A stretch of DNA of 63,790 nt, the filler included, from Reticulomyxa filosa (taxonomy: Eukaryota; Protista; Foraminifera): the NCBI GenBank assembly GCA_000512085.1. It is 19 parts of 19 records of this genome, joined end to end, with 100 filler letters (N's around TTAATTAATTAA, not from the genome) between each part and the next. Parts side by side here need not be neighbours in the genome. Positions count along the whole stretch, not along the records: positions 51,519 to 52,518 come from ASPP01042370.1; positions 52,619 to 54,158 come from ASPP01004776.1; positions 54,259 to 60,376 come from ASPP01004154.1; positions 60,477 to 61,680 come from ASPP01027625.1; positions 61,781 to 63,790 come from ASPP01023561.1; 14 more parts are not named here. One strand, written 5' to 3'. Shown here one piece after another: positions 51,519-63,790 of the stretch. The position numbers were made by a program, and so were the translations under genes. Each line of letters starts with the position of its first letter. The stretch's first letter is position 1. The notes under the pieces were generated by a model. That model worked only from the letters and a program-made list of their open reading frames with translations. It ran no database searches and was not told the DNA's origin.

Positions 51519-52518
51519 AAAATGGAACTAAAAATATTATAGATGAAAAAAAAGAAACAAGCATAATGAATGATATTTCAGGTACAAAAATACAAGACAT
51601 TTGGGAAAAATATTTTAATAGTGATAGTATTGCAAAATACGTGTTAAGAAAAGTTGGTAATAATAGATATCAATTTTTACATAAATCTTGTCAAGAATAT
51701 TTTGCAGCACAAAAAATTATATTTGATATTGTTTCATGGAAATCCAATGTTATTACTATCGATAATCAACAATTTCAACAACAATTTGAAACATATATTC
51801 CAATATTATCTATCAATAAAAAATTGTTAAATGAGGAATTATGAATTATTCAATTTATTGCAGAAAGAATTTATGACACAAATTCATTGTATATGAATGT
51901 AAAGTCAAGATTATTTCGAATTATTCAAGCATCCAAAAATAATCCAAATATTTTTTTTGCTGCAGCCATACTCAACGCGGCAAATGTTAGTAGAATAATC
52001 AAAATTGGAATAATGTTAATCTATCACATGTAATATTAGATCGTGCTTTTTTAGAAGGAACCAGTTTCAAAGAGGCTATTTTAGACAGTGTCAACTTCTT
52101 TCAAACTTGTCTTGACAACACAGATTTTACGAATCCAAGCCTATTTTGGTGAATACGCTTCTTTCCAAGGATATTCCAAAGGTGTTAACTCAGTCCAATT
52201 TTCACCTGATGGAACTAAGATTGTGTCAGGTTCAAGTGATAACACTATTCGATTATGGGATATATTCTCCGGAAAAGTACTTTGCGAGTTGAAACATTCA
52301 TACAGTGTTGCATGGGTGCAATTTTCATCTGATGGATCCAAGATTATATCTGCTCCACGGGATACAACCATTGAATTGTGGGATATATCATCTAGAAAAC
52401 TAATTCGATCATTTAATGGACATAAAGACGATGTAAATTCTGTGCATTTTTCACCTGACAATTCCAAAATTGTGTCAAGTTCGGCTGATAAAACCGTCCG
52501 AGTGTGGAATGTACTATC
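51519..52518 (+). pseudogene. NACHT-pentapeptide-WD40 (NLR-like) pseudogene fragment
   Basis: Post-NACHT winged-helix YQFLHKSCQEYFAAQKI; in-frame TGA at 51842-51844 (EEL*IIQFIAER); frameshifts near 51990 and 52140; pentapeptide-like NVNLSHVILDRAFLEGTSFKEAILDSVNF; WD40 repeats VQFSPDGTKIVSGSSDNTIRLWD. Confidence 0.85.
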
Positions 52519-52699
52519 NNNNNNNNNNNNNNNNNNNNNNNNNNNNNNNNNNNNNNNNNNNNTTAATTAATTAANNNNNNNNNNNNNNNNNNNNNNNNNN
52601 NNNNNNNNNNNNNNNNNNAAAAAAAGATAACTATACTCTGATGTCTTGCAAAGCATTTATCGTTGCCTCGCGTTCCAACACAACTGCCATTTGATGTTG

Positions 52700-53110
52700 T
52701 TTTTCTAATAAATCTAAATCGGGCTGAGACAAGCCCTATAAGAGAAAGAATATTCTTTAAATCAAGAAAAAATTCCACGAACTTTGATTCTTGACATCTT
52801 TTCGAATATCATTATCCAAGTGACCAACTCCAATGGTGGTCATGACTTTGATAAAGTAAAGGTCCATGCGTTTGTGGGTCGAAACTCCATTTCGTTGACT
52901 TTTCGACAATACATTCCGAGTTGTGATCGGTCATCGCAATGATCAGTTTGCTCAAGTGAGCAACATCCATAGGACATGGACATGATGTTGTTGGGATGAG
53001 TGTCTTCATTGAATCCCTCGTTTTTGAAGAGCTGATACCCTTGTACCAAAAGTGTCTTAAGAAAAAGCACACATTGGGCACCAAGACCCACAGTACGAGA
53101 CAGAGCACTG
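52700..53110 (-). pseudogene. Probable degraded ABC1/UbiB-family atypical kinase
   Basis: LKTLLVQGYQLFKNEGFNEDTHPNNIM resembles the ABC1 motif Q.F..G.F..DPHPGNI. The downstream LSKLIIAM and NILSLIGL pieces lie in shifted frames. Confidence 0.45.
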
Positions 53111-54118
53111 ACGCTGCGGGCTGTCAGGCCACGTTAGCTGGATAAACAACGAGGTAAACATGCAATTGCATAAAGTGTTAGCACGCTATGCAAATCTCTT
53201 AACTTCTTTATTGCATAAGAAAAGATTATCACAAGCGTGAAGTGGAGAAAAAAGTTCGTTAAAGTAGCAAAAGTGTATGTGAGAACATAAATTGCAACTT
53301 GAAGTTAAAATAATGAAAAAAAAGTCTGGTAATTTTGGGAAATAAAAATTGGAAAGTCATTTTTTTGGACTTGAGATGGTGCCAGCGACGCAGAACGTGT
53401 CTGAGAATAAAAAGTTTTTTTTTATGTCCTAATCGATGATCTTTTAAAGCACAAACAGTTATTGGAGAACCAATAAAAAAAGAAATGCTGAAAAAGAGCA
53501 TATCATTGTGGTGGACGTTATGGTGTAGCACTTTGATTTTGTAGACGGCATTGGTAACGACTGGCGACATGAGCACATGTCCATCAGACGATCCTTGCAC
53601 CGGATGTAATCAAGTGCAAAATTGTTCGACAGAACGCTGGGTGTATATGAAGGTATCAGCAAACCGATACAACGTGGATAATCACGACAAGGGGTTGTCA
53701 GTAGAGAATGAACTGAAAGAATTGCGAACATAGTCACGCTCACATATCGTGTAATGTTTCACAATAACACACTGATTTATCATTGCGACATTAGCACATT
53801 ATTTTTGGAACACAACCAATGTATTTAGATTTTGGTAATCTTATTTCGGTCATGCACAGTCACGCATTTTCGGAAGCGTAAGTACTTCACTCAATCCTCA
53901 AGTATACGTAGATCCAAGGTGGTATAATTATCATCTTATGAATATGGAGTGAAGAGGTTACTCAGAGCATTTGTTGCATTTGTGATGACACATCAAATAA
54001 TACTATATTACAACCTCATTTCACAAAAACACATGTCTGGCTATCGGATTAATTTCTGCTATACTTTGATTGCACTAAGATCACATCATAGCCTATTGTT
54101 ACTTTGATCCTTGCTAAT

Positions 54119-54158
<40 letters not shown>

Positions 54159-57100
54159 NNNNNNNNNNNNNNNNNNNNNNNNNNNNNNNNNNNNNNNNNN
54201 NNTTAATTAATTAANNNNNNNNNNNNNNNNNNNNNNNNNNNNNNNNNNNNNNNNNNNNTTTTTTTCCCCCCCCCTCTTTTTTTTTTTTTTTTTTTTTTTT
54301 TTGTGTGTATGTGTGTAATTTAGGATCCGTCGATACGCACTTGGCAATTGTCAAAAGTAAAATGATTACTCAAGTCATACTGTCCTTTATACTTTTCCAT
54401 GATTTCAACAAATTTGTGAACATCCTTTCTGTCGGCGTACTGACATGCCAATCTCAAAATTTCCATCTATGTTCCACGTACAGTCATCAAACTATCTTAC
54501 TCGAATTGATTTTATAATACGCATACACTTTTCTAGTTACGTTATTCAAACACTCCAATTTTTTTTTTTGGGCGAGCTTTTGTTCATATTCACCTGAGGA
54601 AATCCGTTTGCGTGTTTCATGAAAACCTCCAAAATTCTCTTCCTCCCTTTTCTTTTCTACTCCAAAACGCAGACAAACAACTCTCAACTGATTTTGAAAG
54701 TGGGTCAACCAGTGACTCAATGACTTGCATTTCCTTTTCGTACATCACGTCTCTTTTTGTATGTTTACGTCGGCACCATTCTTTGTTAGCACTAAATTTT
54801 GTGGTCTCATTATCATTTTCCACAACTATTTGAGTTGAATATGAAGATAATGAATTCATAATTTACGAATGTGATTAGACTTTCCTTGTTCTGAAAAAAA
54901 TTAAAAACATGTTGACAACATAACACAGGATTTATAAACGCATTTCTTATCATTAAATATTAATTTATTTTAGCTACTGCAATATCATTTTAGCGTTTCA
55001 CCAAGCGATTTTCCAAAAAGTCTGGAATTTAACGGTTACATTTGAAAATTAATCTTTTTGCATTAGATATACGTGAATGCTGATTACAAGCATTCATTGT
55101 AGGACAGTTTTTCTTTTTTATTTATTTACTAAGAAAAGAAATTTTAAAAAGTAAACATAACTAAATAATTAAAATAAATTCACTACTTTAACTTGGTGTG
55201 AAACCCACTGATTTAAAGAATTGCAACACGAATGAAATCATTGTTAAAATTCTTTTTTCTATCATTGAATAATAGAATTGCGTACATTGCGAATTTTTGT
55301 GCAGATCACTTTGAAAAAATAAAAATATTCAAAAAAATAATGCATTACAAAAGAAGATTGCTTAAATCCAAAAAAGCAAAGGACATTCTTTTCAGTGTTC
55401 AATTAATTGAAAAAAAAACCTCGGAGAAATACACGCAATACCCAAGATAAATACAAATAAGATAAAAACAATATATAGCACATGCAGTCCATTATTATGT
55501 ATGTCATATAATTAACGAAAAAACAGTAAATAATATAAAAATGACAACATAAACTTGACGTAACATAAATAGATTTTATCTTGTAATATATTGATGAATT
55601 TACTTAGTATATGCCAAATATATATTTATATACGCTTATGCTATTTTATCTTTTTTCAAAAAAATAAATAAAGTGATATTGATCATAAATATGTGAAATA
55701 AATATATAAGCTGACATTGTGCTAACATAAAACATAACATGCTTACAATATAATGTATTTGTACAAATATGATAATAAGATTTGTCCATATACAGTTAGT
55801 AACAAAAGTCTTGACACAACAAAAAGGTACATATAAAGATGATCGATTTTCTAAGTCAAAAAAAGATTTTTTCAAATCTTTTTAAAAGTATATACGAATC
55901 TTCAAGTATTTCAAAACACATTTCATCTTTTTACAATTTTTTGTTAATTACAAATATTTTTATAATTTTCTACAACATTGTTTTATTTGGTTTTAGATAA
56001 TTTTGTAGTGTTTTACTTTTTTAAAAATTTTTGAAAGGTTTTGATATTTGTTTTTAAAATTTGTTTTATTTTTTTGTTGTTAGAATGTAGGCTTATCATA
56101 GCTTTACTGTGCTTTTTTTTAGATGTTATTAATATTTTGACTTGTGATGATTTTTGGTAATTGCATTTTTGTGTTAATGCACTTTTTAATTTGAATGTAC
56201 TTTGTTTTTGTTAATATTATTTTTTACTTTTAGATTTTAAAGTTTTTAAACTTTTTGAAAAATATCAAACTTCAAAGAAATGTAATTATTGTAATTAGTC
56301 ATATAATTTTCAATTGTAAATTCAACATTTATTTTTTTTGACATTTATTAAAACTCACAGTATAACATATGCTGATGCGCAGAACTGAAAAAAATTTTTA
56401 GTTTTAAAAAATTATTACATTGCTACTTTTCAAATTTTTTTAAACTACAATTACTAACGCAAAAAACAAGAAAAGAAAAAAATTGAACGCAAAAATAATG
56501 CAAATTAAATCATAATAAACTACCAAATTTGCAAAGAAAAAATAAAAATTCAAAAAATTAATAAAGCACAATATTAATGTTATAAAAATGATAAAAATGC
56601 TTGTAATTGACAAAAATTATAGAAAAAAAAAATTTTGAAGATTCGCAAATATTTTTTTAAAAACATTGTTGATTTTTGACTTAGAAAATCGATCATCTTC
56701 ATAAGATGCAAGTTTAGTGTGTCAGAACTTTTGTCACTCCATGTAAAAATAAAGACAAACATTAAATTAAAAAACAAAATTTTATTTATGTTTTTTTCAT
56801 GTTTATTTGTTTTTTGCATAACCTATACTAATGGAAAAAGTAAGCTATATGAAAAAACAGGTTTTTATTGATGATGGAAATTACGCAATATATTTTTTCT
56901 TGCATATTCGGATTATCCACGAAAAATTCCTATAAAATACTTTTTATTTTCAATAAATATGAAAAACTAATGATTATGAAAATAATTTTTAGTTAAAAGT
57001 TACAGCTGACGCTATTATTGTAATATCAATAAAAAGAAAATAGCTTTTTCGAAAGGATTTGTGAAAATATGTAACGAATGAACAATTAAATATTATATAC

Positions 57101-59025
57101 ACTAAGAATACTAAATTGATGTCAACGATAGTATCAATCATAACAATGACACATCATAGATCTCGAATAGTGCTACTGTAATTCAAATTTACTGTTAATA
57201 TCTGAACAATAATTGAAAGTAAATTGAGTATTTGGACTAGTTGCAATAACACTGAAATGCTCAATGCTACTGACTTACATGAATCGAAGTGCAATTGTAA
57301 CGAAAAAGCTGAATCTTCTCACAACCGCAGCAGAGGTAATAATAGTCTAAGTGACAATCACCGCATTAATGCAACAATAAAATAACAATAATTATAGCGA
57401 CAGCGGTGTAGCGAAGAAACAAATTATACACAGAATTTGTAAGAAACACGACGTAGTCGTACCACAAGATAGATTAAGATAATACTGTAATCAATTAACG
57501 TCTAGAATTGATGTCAATACATGTTGCGAACGATTGACACACAAACTTCTGACCATGACTATGATGAAAAAACAACACAATTAATATATTTTTCTTAAAT
57601 AAAAAAATTTATATGTTGTTTTTTCATAAAGAAAATCAATTATCTTTATGAGTGTCATTTTATATATAAACTTTAATTTGCTGTACTTGTAATAATAAAT
57701 TCAATTTTGTGTTAACTGCTTGAAATATTTTTATGCATTGTGTATATGCTTATTATATATGTTGTACATTTCATAATTCTTTCAAGTTTCTTTTTATTAT
57801 CATGTTTTCATTATGTATTTCATTGTATTTGTTTTTTGTTTATAATAATAACCTCTATCAGTTATTGTGTTCTAATAAATGTTATAATCTTCATGCTTTG
57901 ATCAATATCAACTTGATAGATAATAGTCGTTGAATGCATTTTTCGTTATCAATATTTGATATTTTCTTGCATGCAAATAGCTTTTACACACATTATTGAC
58001 AGAAGCATAGAAATTATTGTATTATAAGGTGTTTCTGATATAATATATAATATGACGTTACTCTGTTGATGTCATTATCACATATAGTGAAGTTGATGTC
58101 TTCGAGTTTCGGTTTTCCCTTCTTCTACTTGAAGCGGCAGTTATATGTATTAAAAGTTTTCAACAGCTTTTGATAGTACAAATCGCTTTTATATTATGTT
58201 TGGCAGTACGCATTGTTACAGTTTGTACAGTATCGTTATACTTCGTACAGTCCAACAAAACACTGATTCACATGTCAAAACTGAAAATAGTCCCGTTATT
58301 AAAACGTTAATAATAATTAAAAAAGTACATATCAAAATCAATGATAAACAAAATGCAAAATAAAAAGCTATACATCTTAAAAAAAAACTCATTTCGACTG
58401 AGGACTAAGAACTCAAGTGAACTCTCACGTGTCCAGCCAATCAATCGAACATTGGCACAATGCTATTGTAGAGAATCTGGAGCGGGAAAGTACGTTTTTA
58501 AGAAAAGTAAACATGAATTTTGTGAAATTAAATTAAAAAGAAAATTGAAATATTTGTAGTCATACTGGCTCAATTGTGACGTAAGTAGTGTCACTACACT
58601 ATTTTAATTTATATACGCCTTTTTTAATTATTTATTATTTTTGCGCTTTACAACTTTTCTTTATCCAATTTTTTTGCTGCCACTACAAAAAAAGGTGAAA
58701 ACAAGTTCTGAGACATCAGATATGTGGCTACAGTTATTACATTATGTGATTTTTTTTTGCTGGAGTAACATCTCTTGTACTTTGTCTAAAAAAATGAAAA
58801 TTGTAAGTAGTAATACTTGATTTTTGCATAAAATGATGGGTTTATTTTTAGCTGATAAACACATACATAATCACAAATCAAATTTTCTACAACAAAGAAT
58901 TAGATCCACTCAAAAACAACACCCAGTTGCAAAAAAAAAAAAAGATGTTTATAAAAAAAAAGCAAAAGTTGTTATCTAACGAATTGTTATTTTGTGTTTG
59001 ACAATATGTGTTCATAGAGTCCTTG

Positions 59026-60245
59026 TCAAAGCAATTGTGTTTTCATGACTAGTGTAGCATTGGAAACGGCAAGCGTGCCCACCTGAAATTGCACATGTTC
59101 AGGGCTTTTCCAATGCACAGGCAAAATTAATACTGGTTCAAGAGCCTTGACATCCAATACCATTTGTTCTGGTAAAATTTTTTCCCATATTGCTTGCATT
59201 TGAGCAGAAACGTGTGAAAAGGCAAAGCTTGTTGCATTTACTGTTTTTATGCTTTCGTCATGGGACGTGGAATAAACAGCACCCATTACAGAGGTCCACG
59301 TATCAAATAGAAGTGATTGCAAATACACCAATTGAACGGGATTAATTAAAATTTCCATTTTTGATGTATACCCAAGTTCTTTTTGTCCGACTATTTTAAC
59401 TTTATCAAACCATTTGTAATCAATTTTTCCAAAGACTAAGCTATTTTTATCTTTAAGACCAAAAATGTCTTTATACCTATGAAATGAATTGTTCATTATT
59501 TTTGAAACATGATAATGTGTGAGAATGAGAGGAAAAAAACAAACAAAGCAATAACATGGATTCTGGACGTAAGTCTTTTGCAAATAAATTGGTTACTTCT
59601 CCACTGATATGTACCAATCCTTTTCGATGGCTATGCATACTAACAATTGTGTGGAGAGTGGTTGCTCGTGCGATGGAATGATAGTGCCTAGGTTTTTGCC
59701 AGGGCAAAAATTCTTTTTCTTCACTAGATTGATTTTGTTCGTTTTCGGTAGGACTTTCATTAATATTCAATGTCAAGTTTACACATTTGATAATTACTTC
59801 TGCATTTGCAGTGGTTCCAGAAGTGTCTACGTCATTTCCACCTCGTACAATGCGCAGCAACTCTTCCGAGCCCGATATTGGCCACGGCTTAAAGGCTCGT
59901 AAACGAGAAGCTGGTCTGGGTGTAAACCACCACGACCAAAATTTTGCTTCTTTCATTACTGCGATTTTGTTTGCCCAGCGAATCAGCAATCCAATACTCT
60001 CGGAACTCCAGAAAACATTGAGCGGGTTGACATTGCATTTGGCGTTTATAATGTTCGTTGCATTTGTATTCTTTTCAATTGATACTTGGACGGACAAGAA
60101 AGAATTGTTTTCTGCATCTTTTGTGGTTTCTGAAATCACCAGATAACGAAACTCTGGACCGCTTGCCTGAAACAGATCTTCCACCGACAGCGATGCTAGC
60201 GCGCATTTACAAATCCATTGTTTGTGATTTTCCTTTACACTGTAC
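59026..60245 (-). CDS. VPS13-family (repeating beta-groove lipid-transfer) protein fragment
   Basis: LASLSVEDLFQ..FRYLVIS, VNPLNVFWSSESIGLLIRW, ISGEVTNLFAKDL|YKDIFG, INPVQLVYLQSLL and LDVKALEPVLILPVHWKSPEHVQFQVGTLAVSN (VPS13-like L.I....P.I..P...S...L...G.L.I.N). Confidence 0.7.
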
Positions 60246-60334
60246 ATATATACATATATATGTATATGTATATATAAATGATAAGGAAGAGACAAGTTAT
60301 GAAAAATCAAAGCAATAACAATCAAGTAGGTTTT

Positions 60335-60376
<42 letters not shown>

Positions 60377-62151
60377 NNNNNNNNNNNNNNNNNNNNNNNN
60401 NNNNNNNNNNNNNNNNNNNNTTAATTAATTAANNNNNNNNNNNNNNNNNNNNNNNNNNNNNNNNNNNNNNNNNNNNAAATCTTTAATTATCCATTTACTT
60501 ATTTATTTTGGTTCTCATTGCACATACCCTACCATCCTTTCTTTAGAACGCTGGGACTGAGCAAACATCGTCTTGATTTCAGTTCATATTTTTCCAGTAA
60601 TTTTTCAGGAATTTGTATTTGTGATAAACATTGAGCAAATTTTCTCAAAAAAATGAATAACTAAAAATGTTAGTGCCAAGGGCCTTGAAAAACTTTTCAT
60701 AGTTCCGTTTAAACCTTGTTTTTTTTGTTCGTTTTCTTTTTCTAGTGAAAGCCAGAAAAAGTTGGCCAATAAGTTAAATGTTTTTTTTTTTTTTACACAA
60801 GTTAAAATGATGGGAGTTAGCGTTTTGAAGCGACTACCCAACGACGTCGAGGATGTCGCTAATGATAAAATCTTGTCTGAACTTGTTCATTGTTTTTTAT
60901 TTTTGTTTTTTTTTAAAAATAAAATAAAATAATTGGTTTGTTTGTTTTTGTTTATTAAAATAGATATAATTTACGACTTTTCGCATTTCAAGAAATCTCA
61001 AGTTAATTACGATGTCCTTTTTTTTAATTGTTGCATTTATGTATTTTCTTTGTCTATTTGAAACATCATTATTTATGATCACAATGTCGTTGCTTTCTCC
61101 ACACAAGTCAATTTTTTTTTGTTGTTGGTTCATTTCGTTTCTCTTGCAACAGTGGCATTGTAGTGCAATGTCCTCATTTTATTGTTGAGATTTTTATTTT
61201 ACTCCAATTGGCCCATGTTTTTGTTTGGGCTACTGGTAAACATTGATTTTCATTCAGTAACAATTAGTATCTTGTTTTATTTTGCTTTCATTTTTGGTTC
61301 GTAATCAGATTTACCCAGAAGTGAACGCTTGTACTACATTTATAAATTTTTTTAAATTTTTTTTGCACCAATTTGAGTTTGAAATAACTGAAGTATATCA
61401 ACAACTTAAAACTGCTGGACATTGTTTTGCAAGCTGACAATCAATGAACATAAATAAAGTCAATCGATTGGCAAAACAAATTCCTCATCCATTTTTATTG
61501 CTGTCCTGATTCATAAAGCGAATCAGCAAATTCAACACAAAGAAAGCAAAAAAAAAAAAATAAAAAAATTATATATCAAAATATGCACACCAAGAGAAAA
61601 TAGCGACCGGAGTGCGCATCAATGTAAGTAAGTACACATGCCAAGAAAAGGAAAGAGAAAAAAATTGCACAACATGTTGTNNNNNNNNNNNNNNNNNNNN
61701 NNNNNNNNNNNNNNNNNNNNNNNNTTAATTAATTAANNNNNNNNNNNNNNNNNNNNNNNNNNNNNNNNNNNNNNNNNNNNTTTTTTTTTTTTTTTTACAT
61801 TGTATTAATAAATAATAAGAAGCTTACCGTCCGTCCTTTGTTCTTCAAACGTCTCCATGAAAATTATAAGCTCTAAACTATAAGCGCTTTGGTTTGAGAC
61901 ACTTACAATTTATTTTCCTTTGACACGCACGCAAAGTTTTGAGTCAAATGGCATAAAAACGCCTTTTGAAGCTTGCTAAAAAGATGAGAGAAACACTTGA
62001 TATCTGGTGACTCAGACATTTGCAGAAATTTCCAGCAAAAAAAAAAAAAATTTAAAAATACCCTTTCCAAAAACCCCCAAATGAAATGCTAGAACAAATT
62101 GAGTGAGATGAGCAACGAATCATGGAACACACAATAGCAAGAAGAAAAAGG

Positions 62152-62772
62152 TTAAACAACAGTATACGTGTAAGGAGTAGCATTTTTATGAGTGGATCGA
62201 TCAGCAATCGCTTGATCAAAAAATTTGTATTCCACCGTGCTTTCCTCGTCCAAATTAAGGATTTCTTTGAGTCTTTCACCAATTCGAAAACGCACGTCAC
62301 TTTGGACATTGTCTCTGTTCCAAATGGTGATATTGGTAATATCCCTTCGGATCGCGAGGACAACTCCAACCAACTCTGGAGTCAAAAAGTTTTCTCCGAT
62401 TACTGTCATCAACAGCTCTTCCCACAATCGATTCAGAAAACGCTCTTTTTTGGACACTCGAATAATCCAACAACCACCTGTAGGGAATGACTCCCATGCC
62501 GGGTCCAGATTGGCACGAAATACCGCGATGTTAAATCCATGTGGCATCGACTGTGGTCTTTGCAAGTGCACGTAATGCTCCCAAAACGATTCGATGGTAT
62601 CAAATGTTCCGAGTTTGTGTACGTTTTGCTTCCAGCCTTCTGCGGTGTCGGCCTTAACTTCAACATGTTTCAACCACCACCAATGGATTGTCCAAGGAGT
62701 CTGCAGGGGATGTTCTTTCTTTTCAATTTCGGTGCTTGTTGTTTTGATATCTGACAATGATTCGGACGTCAT
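62152..62772 (-). CDS. eIF4E: Eukaryotic translation initiation factor 4E family member (intronless)
   Basis: HPLQTPWT..W, W56-equivalent (AEGW), TFDTIESFW, FR..L.PAWE..GGCW, RLWEELL..IGE, GVV..IR, ITIWN, EYK. Confidence 0.93.
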   Translation of the reverse strand: MTSESLSDIKTTSTEIEKKEHPLQTPWTIHWWWLKHVEVKADTAEGWKQNVHKLGTFDTIESFWEHYVHLQRPQSMPHGFNIAVFRANLDPAWESFPTGGCWIIRVSKKERFLNRLWEELLMTVIGENFLTPELVGVVLAIRRDITNITIWNRDNVQSDVRFRIGERLKEILNLDEESTVEYKFFDQAIADRSTHKNATPYTYTVV

Positions 62773-63364
62773 TATCTTTTCAATGTTAAACGCAAAACTT
62801 GGTGGCCCCCCCCCAACTTCTGGTGCGTGACCTAATTACTCTATGCAAAACGAGCAAATTTTTTGTGTTCTTTTAAATTGTTTTTCCTAAATCATGAAAT
62901 GCATTTAATTAATAAAATTTGATAACAATTAAACTATATTTACTCAATTTAAACAAAAATATTACTTAATACAATTTTTGTTTAGTTATTCGTTTCACGA
63001 AAACTCAAAGCATCGCGTGTTTACCGTTAACATCGACAATTTGCTCATTTTTGGTGGTAGATATATTGAACCGTAAATAAATTCTTTTATTCTCCTTTAT
63101 TTTAGTATAAAAAATGAAAATTTTGTTTTTTCGCAATCTATATTCAAATAGTGCACCTTTTTGTCCAAATCAAGCGTATTACCTTTCTCTTCTGCTTTGT
63201 TGCACTGGTGACTGAAAAAATGTACATTTGAATATGTGAAAAATCGTGGATGGTGTTTGTATTATTGTATATTTCTTTCTGCCTTGACACAACGTTTTGA
63301 ACGTGTTGACTAAAGCCCAGAGTTTCCCTTTTTAATTATCTGCATCTACTTTGAAAACTTATCA
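62773..63364. promoter_or_regulatory. Probable bidirectional promoter between eIF4E and the CitE-like gene
   Basis: 592 nt between divergent ATGs on one contig. Confidence 0.4.
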
Positions 63365-63790
63365 ATGAATCTCTTTTCTAACTTGAGGAAATGTCGACAG
63401 CTCATTGTCTTGCCAAGAATGTCTTCAGTTAGGACAATAACGTATGCACGACCCCGCCGTGCTTTGATGTACTTGCCTGCAAACAAGGACAAGTTTGTTC
63501 GCAAAGCAGCCACGTTGAATGTGGATACTTTGGTATTGGATTTGGAAGATGCAGTGTCATGGAACCAAAAAGAGCAAGCCCGCATGGATGCAGTGAAGGC
63601 CTTGTCAGCATACACATTTGGACGAAGCGAGGTGTGTATACGTGTCAATCCCTTTGGTTCAGCGCATTGTGCCGACGACGTCAATGCAGTTTTGAATGGC
63701 GCTGTGTTGCCCCACAGCATCTGTCTACCAAAGTGTCAAAGTGCACAAGACATTGAATGGTTGGACGAAGAGATAACCAAAAAATGTGGG
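63365..63790 (+). CDS. CLYBL: Citrate lyase beta-subunit-like (CitE/CLYBL, HpcH/HpaI aldolase family), runs off the window; absent from the ORF track
   Basis: Manual translation: MNLFSNLRKCRQLIVLPRMSSVRTITYARPRRALMYLPANKDKFVRKAATLNVDTLVLDLEDAVSWNQKEQAR...EVCIRVN...ICLPK. R.R..LY.P, LDLEDAV, RVN and LPK motifs are present; the basic N-terminus resembles a mitochondrial presequence. Confidence 0.9.
   Translation, partial: MNLFSNLRKCRQLIVLPRMSSVRTITYARPRRALMYLPANKDKFVRKAATLNVDTLVLDLEDAVSWNQKEQARMDAVKALSAYTFGRSEVCIRVNPFGSAHCADDVNAVLNGAVLPHSICLPKCQSAQDIEWLDEEITKKCG

Noticed and set aside
34214-51844. TGA reassignment, readthrough or selenocysteine suggested by in-frame TGA in the MBOAT and NACHT-WD40 sequences
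   Set aside because: Both loci also have frameshifts, the TGA positions do not correspond to conserved Trp/Cys, Trp is TGG in intact genes, and TGA terminates apparently normal genes (8873, 44543).
54900-58900. Short ORFs in the long AT-rich stretch
   Set aside because: They have F/I/K/L-biased composition typical of random AT-rich DNA and no recognisable motifs.
3446-61780. Regularly recurring TTAATTAATTAA palindrome as a biological repeat, CRISPR or recombination site
   Set aside because: Always centred in exactly 88 Ns; it is a six-frame-stop assembly linker.
1-63790. A physical defence or signalling gene cluster (TRAF, NACHT, WD40, GPCR, LamG) or GYF-eIF4E linkage
   Set aside because: These genes lie mostly on different contigs joined artificially, so no synteny can be inferred.

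Overview
This is eukaryotic, very AT-rich genomic DNA, not prokaryotic. It is a concatenation of 19 short contigs joined by 18 identical artificial 100-nt linkers (44 N + TTAATTAATTAA + 44 N), so adjacency across linkers has no biological meaning. The gene repertoire (RING/TRAF zinc fingers, NACHT-pentapeptide-WD40 proteins, WD40 propellers, many pseudogenes, poly-Asn/Asp tracts, homopolymer-rich spliceosomal introns) suggests a foraminiferan such as Reticulomyxa; this is an inference, not a database match. Recognisable genes, most of them partial or spliced: GYF protein, kinesin, LamG-like protein, 7TM receptor-like protein, PHD-chromo-SET protein, TRAF-type zinc finger, PHD protein, asparagine synthetase, NACHT NTPase, formin, two Ser/Thr kinase fragments, WD40, BTB-BACK-SPRY, Qb-SNARE, VPS13-like protein, eIF4E and a CitE/CLYBL-like lyase that the ORF track missed. 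Relics include a Ty3/gypsy-type integrase and MBOAT, NACHT-WD40, WD40 and probable ABC1-kinase pseudogenes. The most notable observations are: (1) a formin with no FH1, a substituted actin-binding Ile and a C-terminal RPEL-like motif; (2) many introns ending in poly-A rather than a polypyrimidine tract, often with fold-back T-run/A-run ends; (3) a PHD+chromo+SET fusion; (4) a hairpin-rich GC island at ~50.8-51.1 kb with no long ORF. No rRNA, tRNA or CRISPR array was seen. Gene boundaries were read by eye and are approximate unless splice sites are stated.
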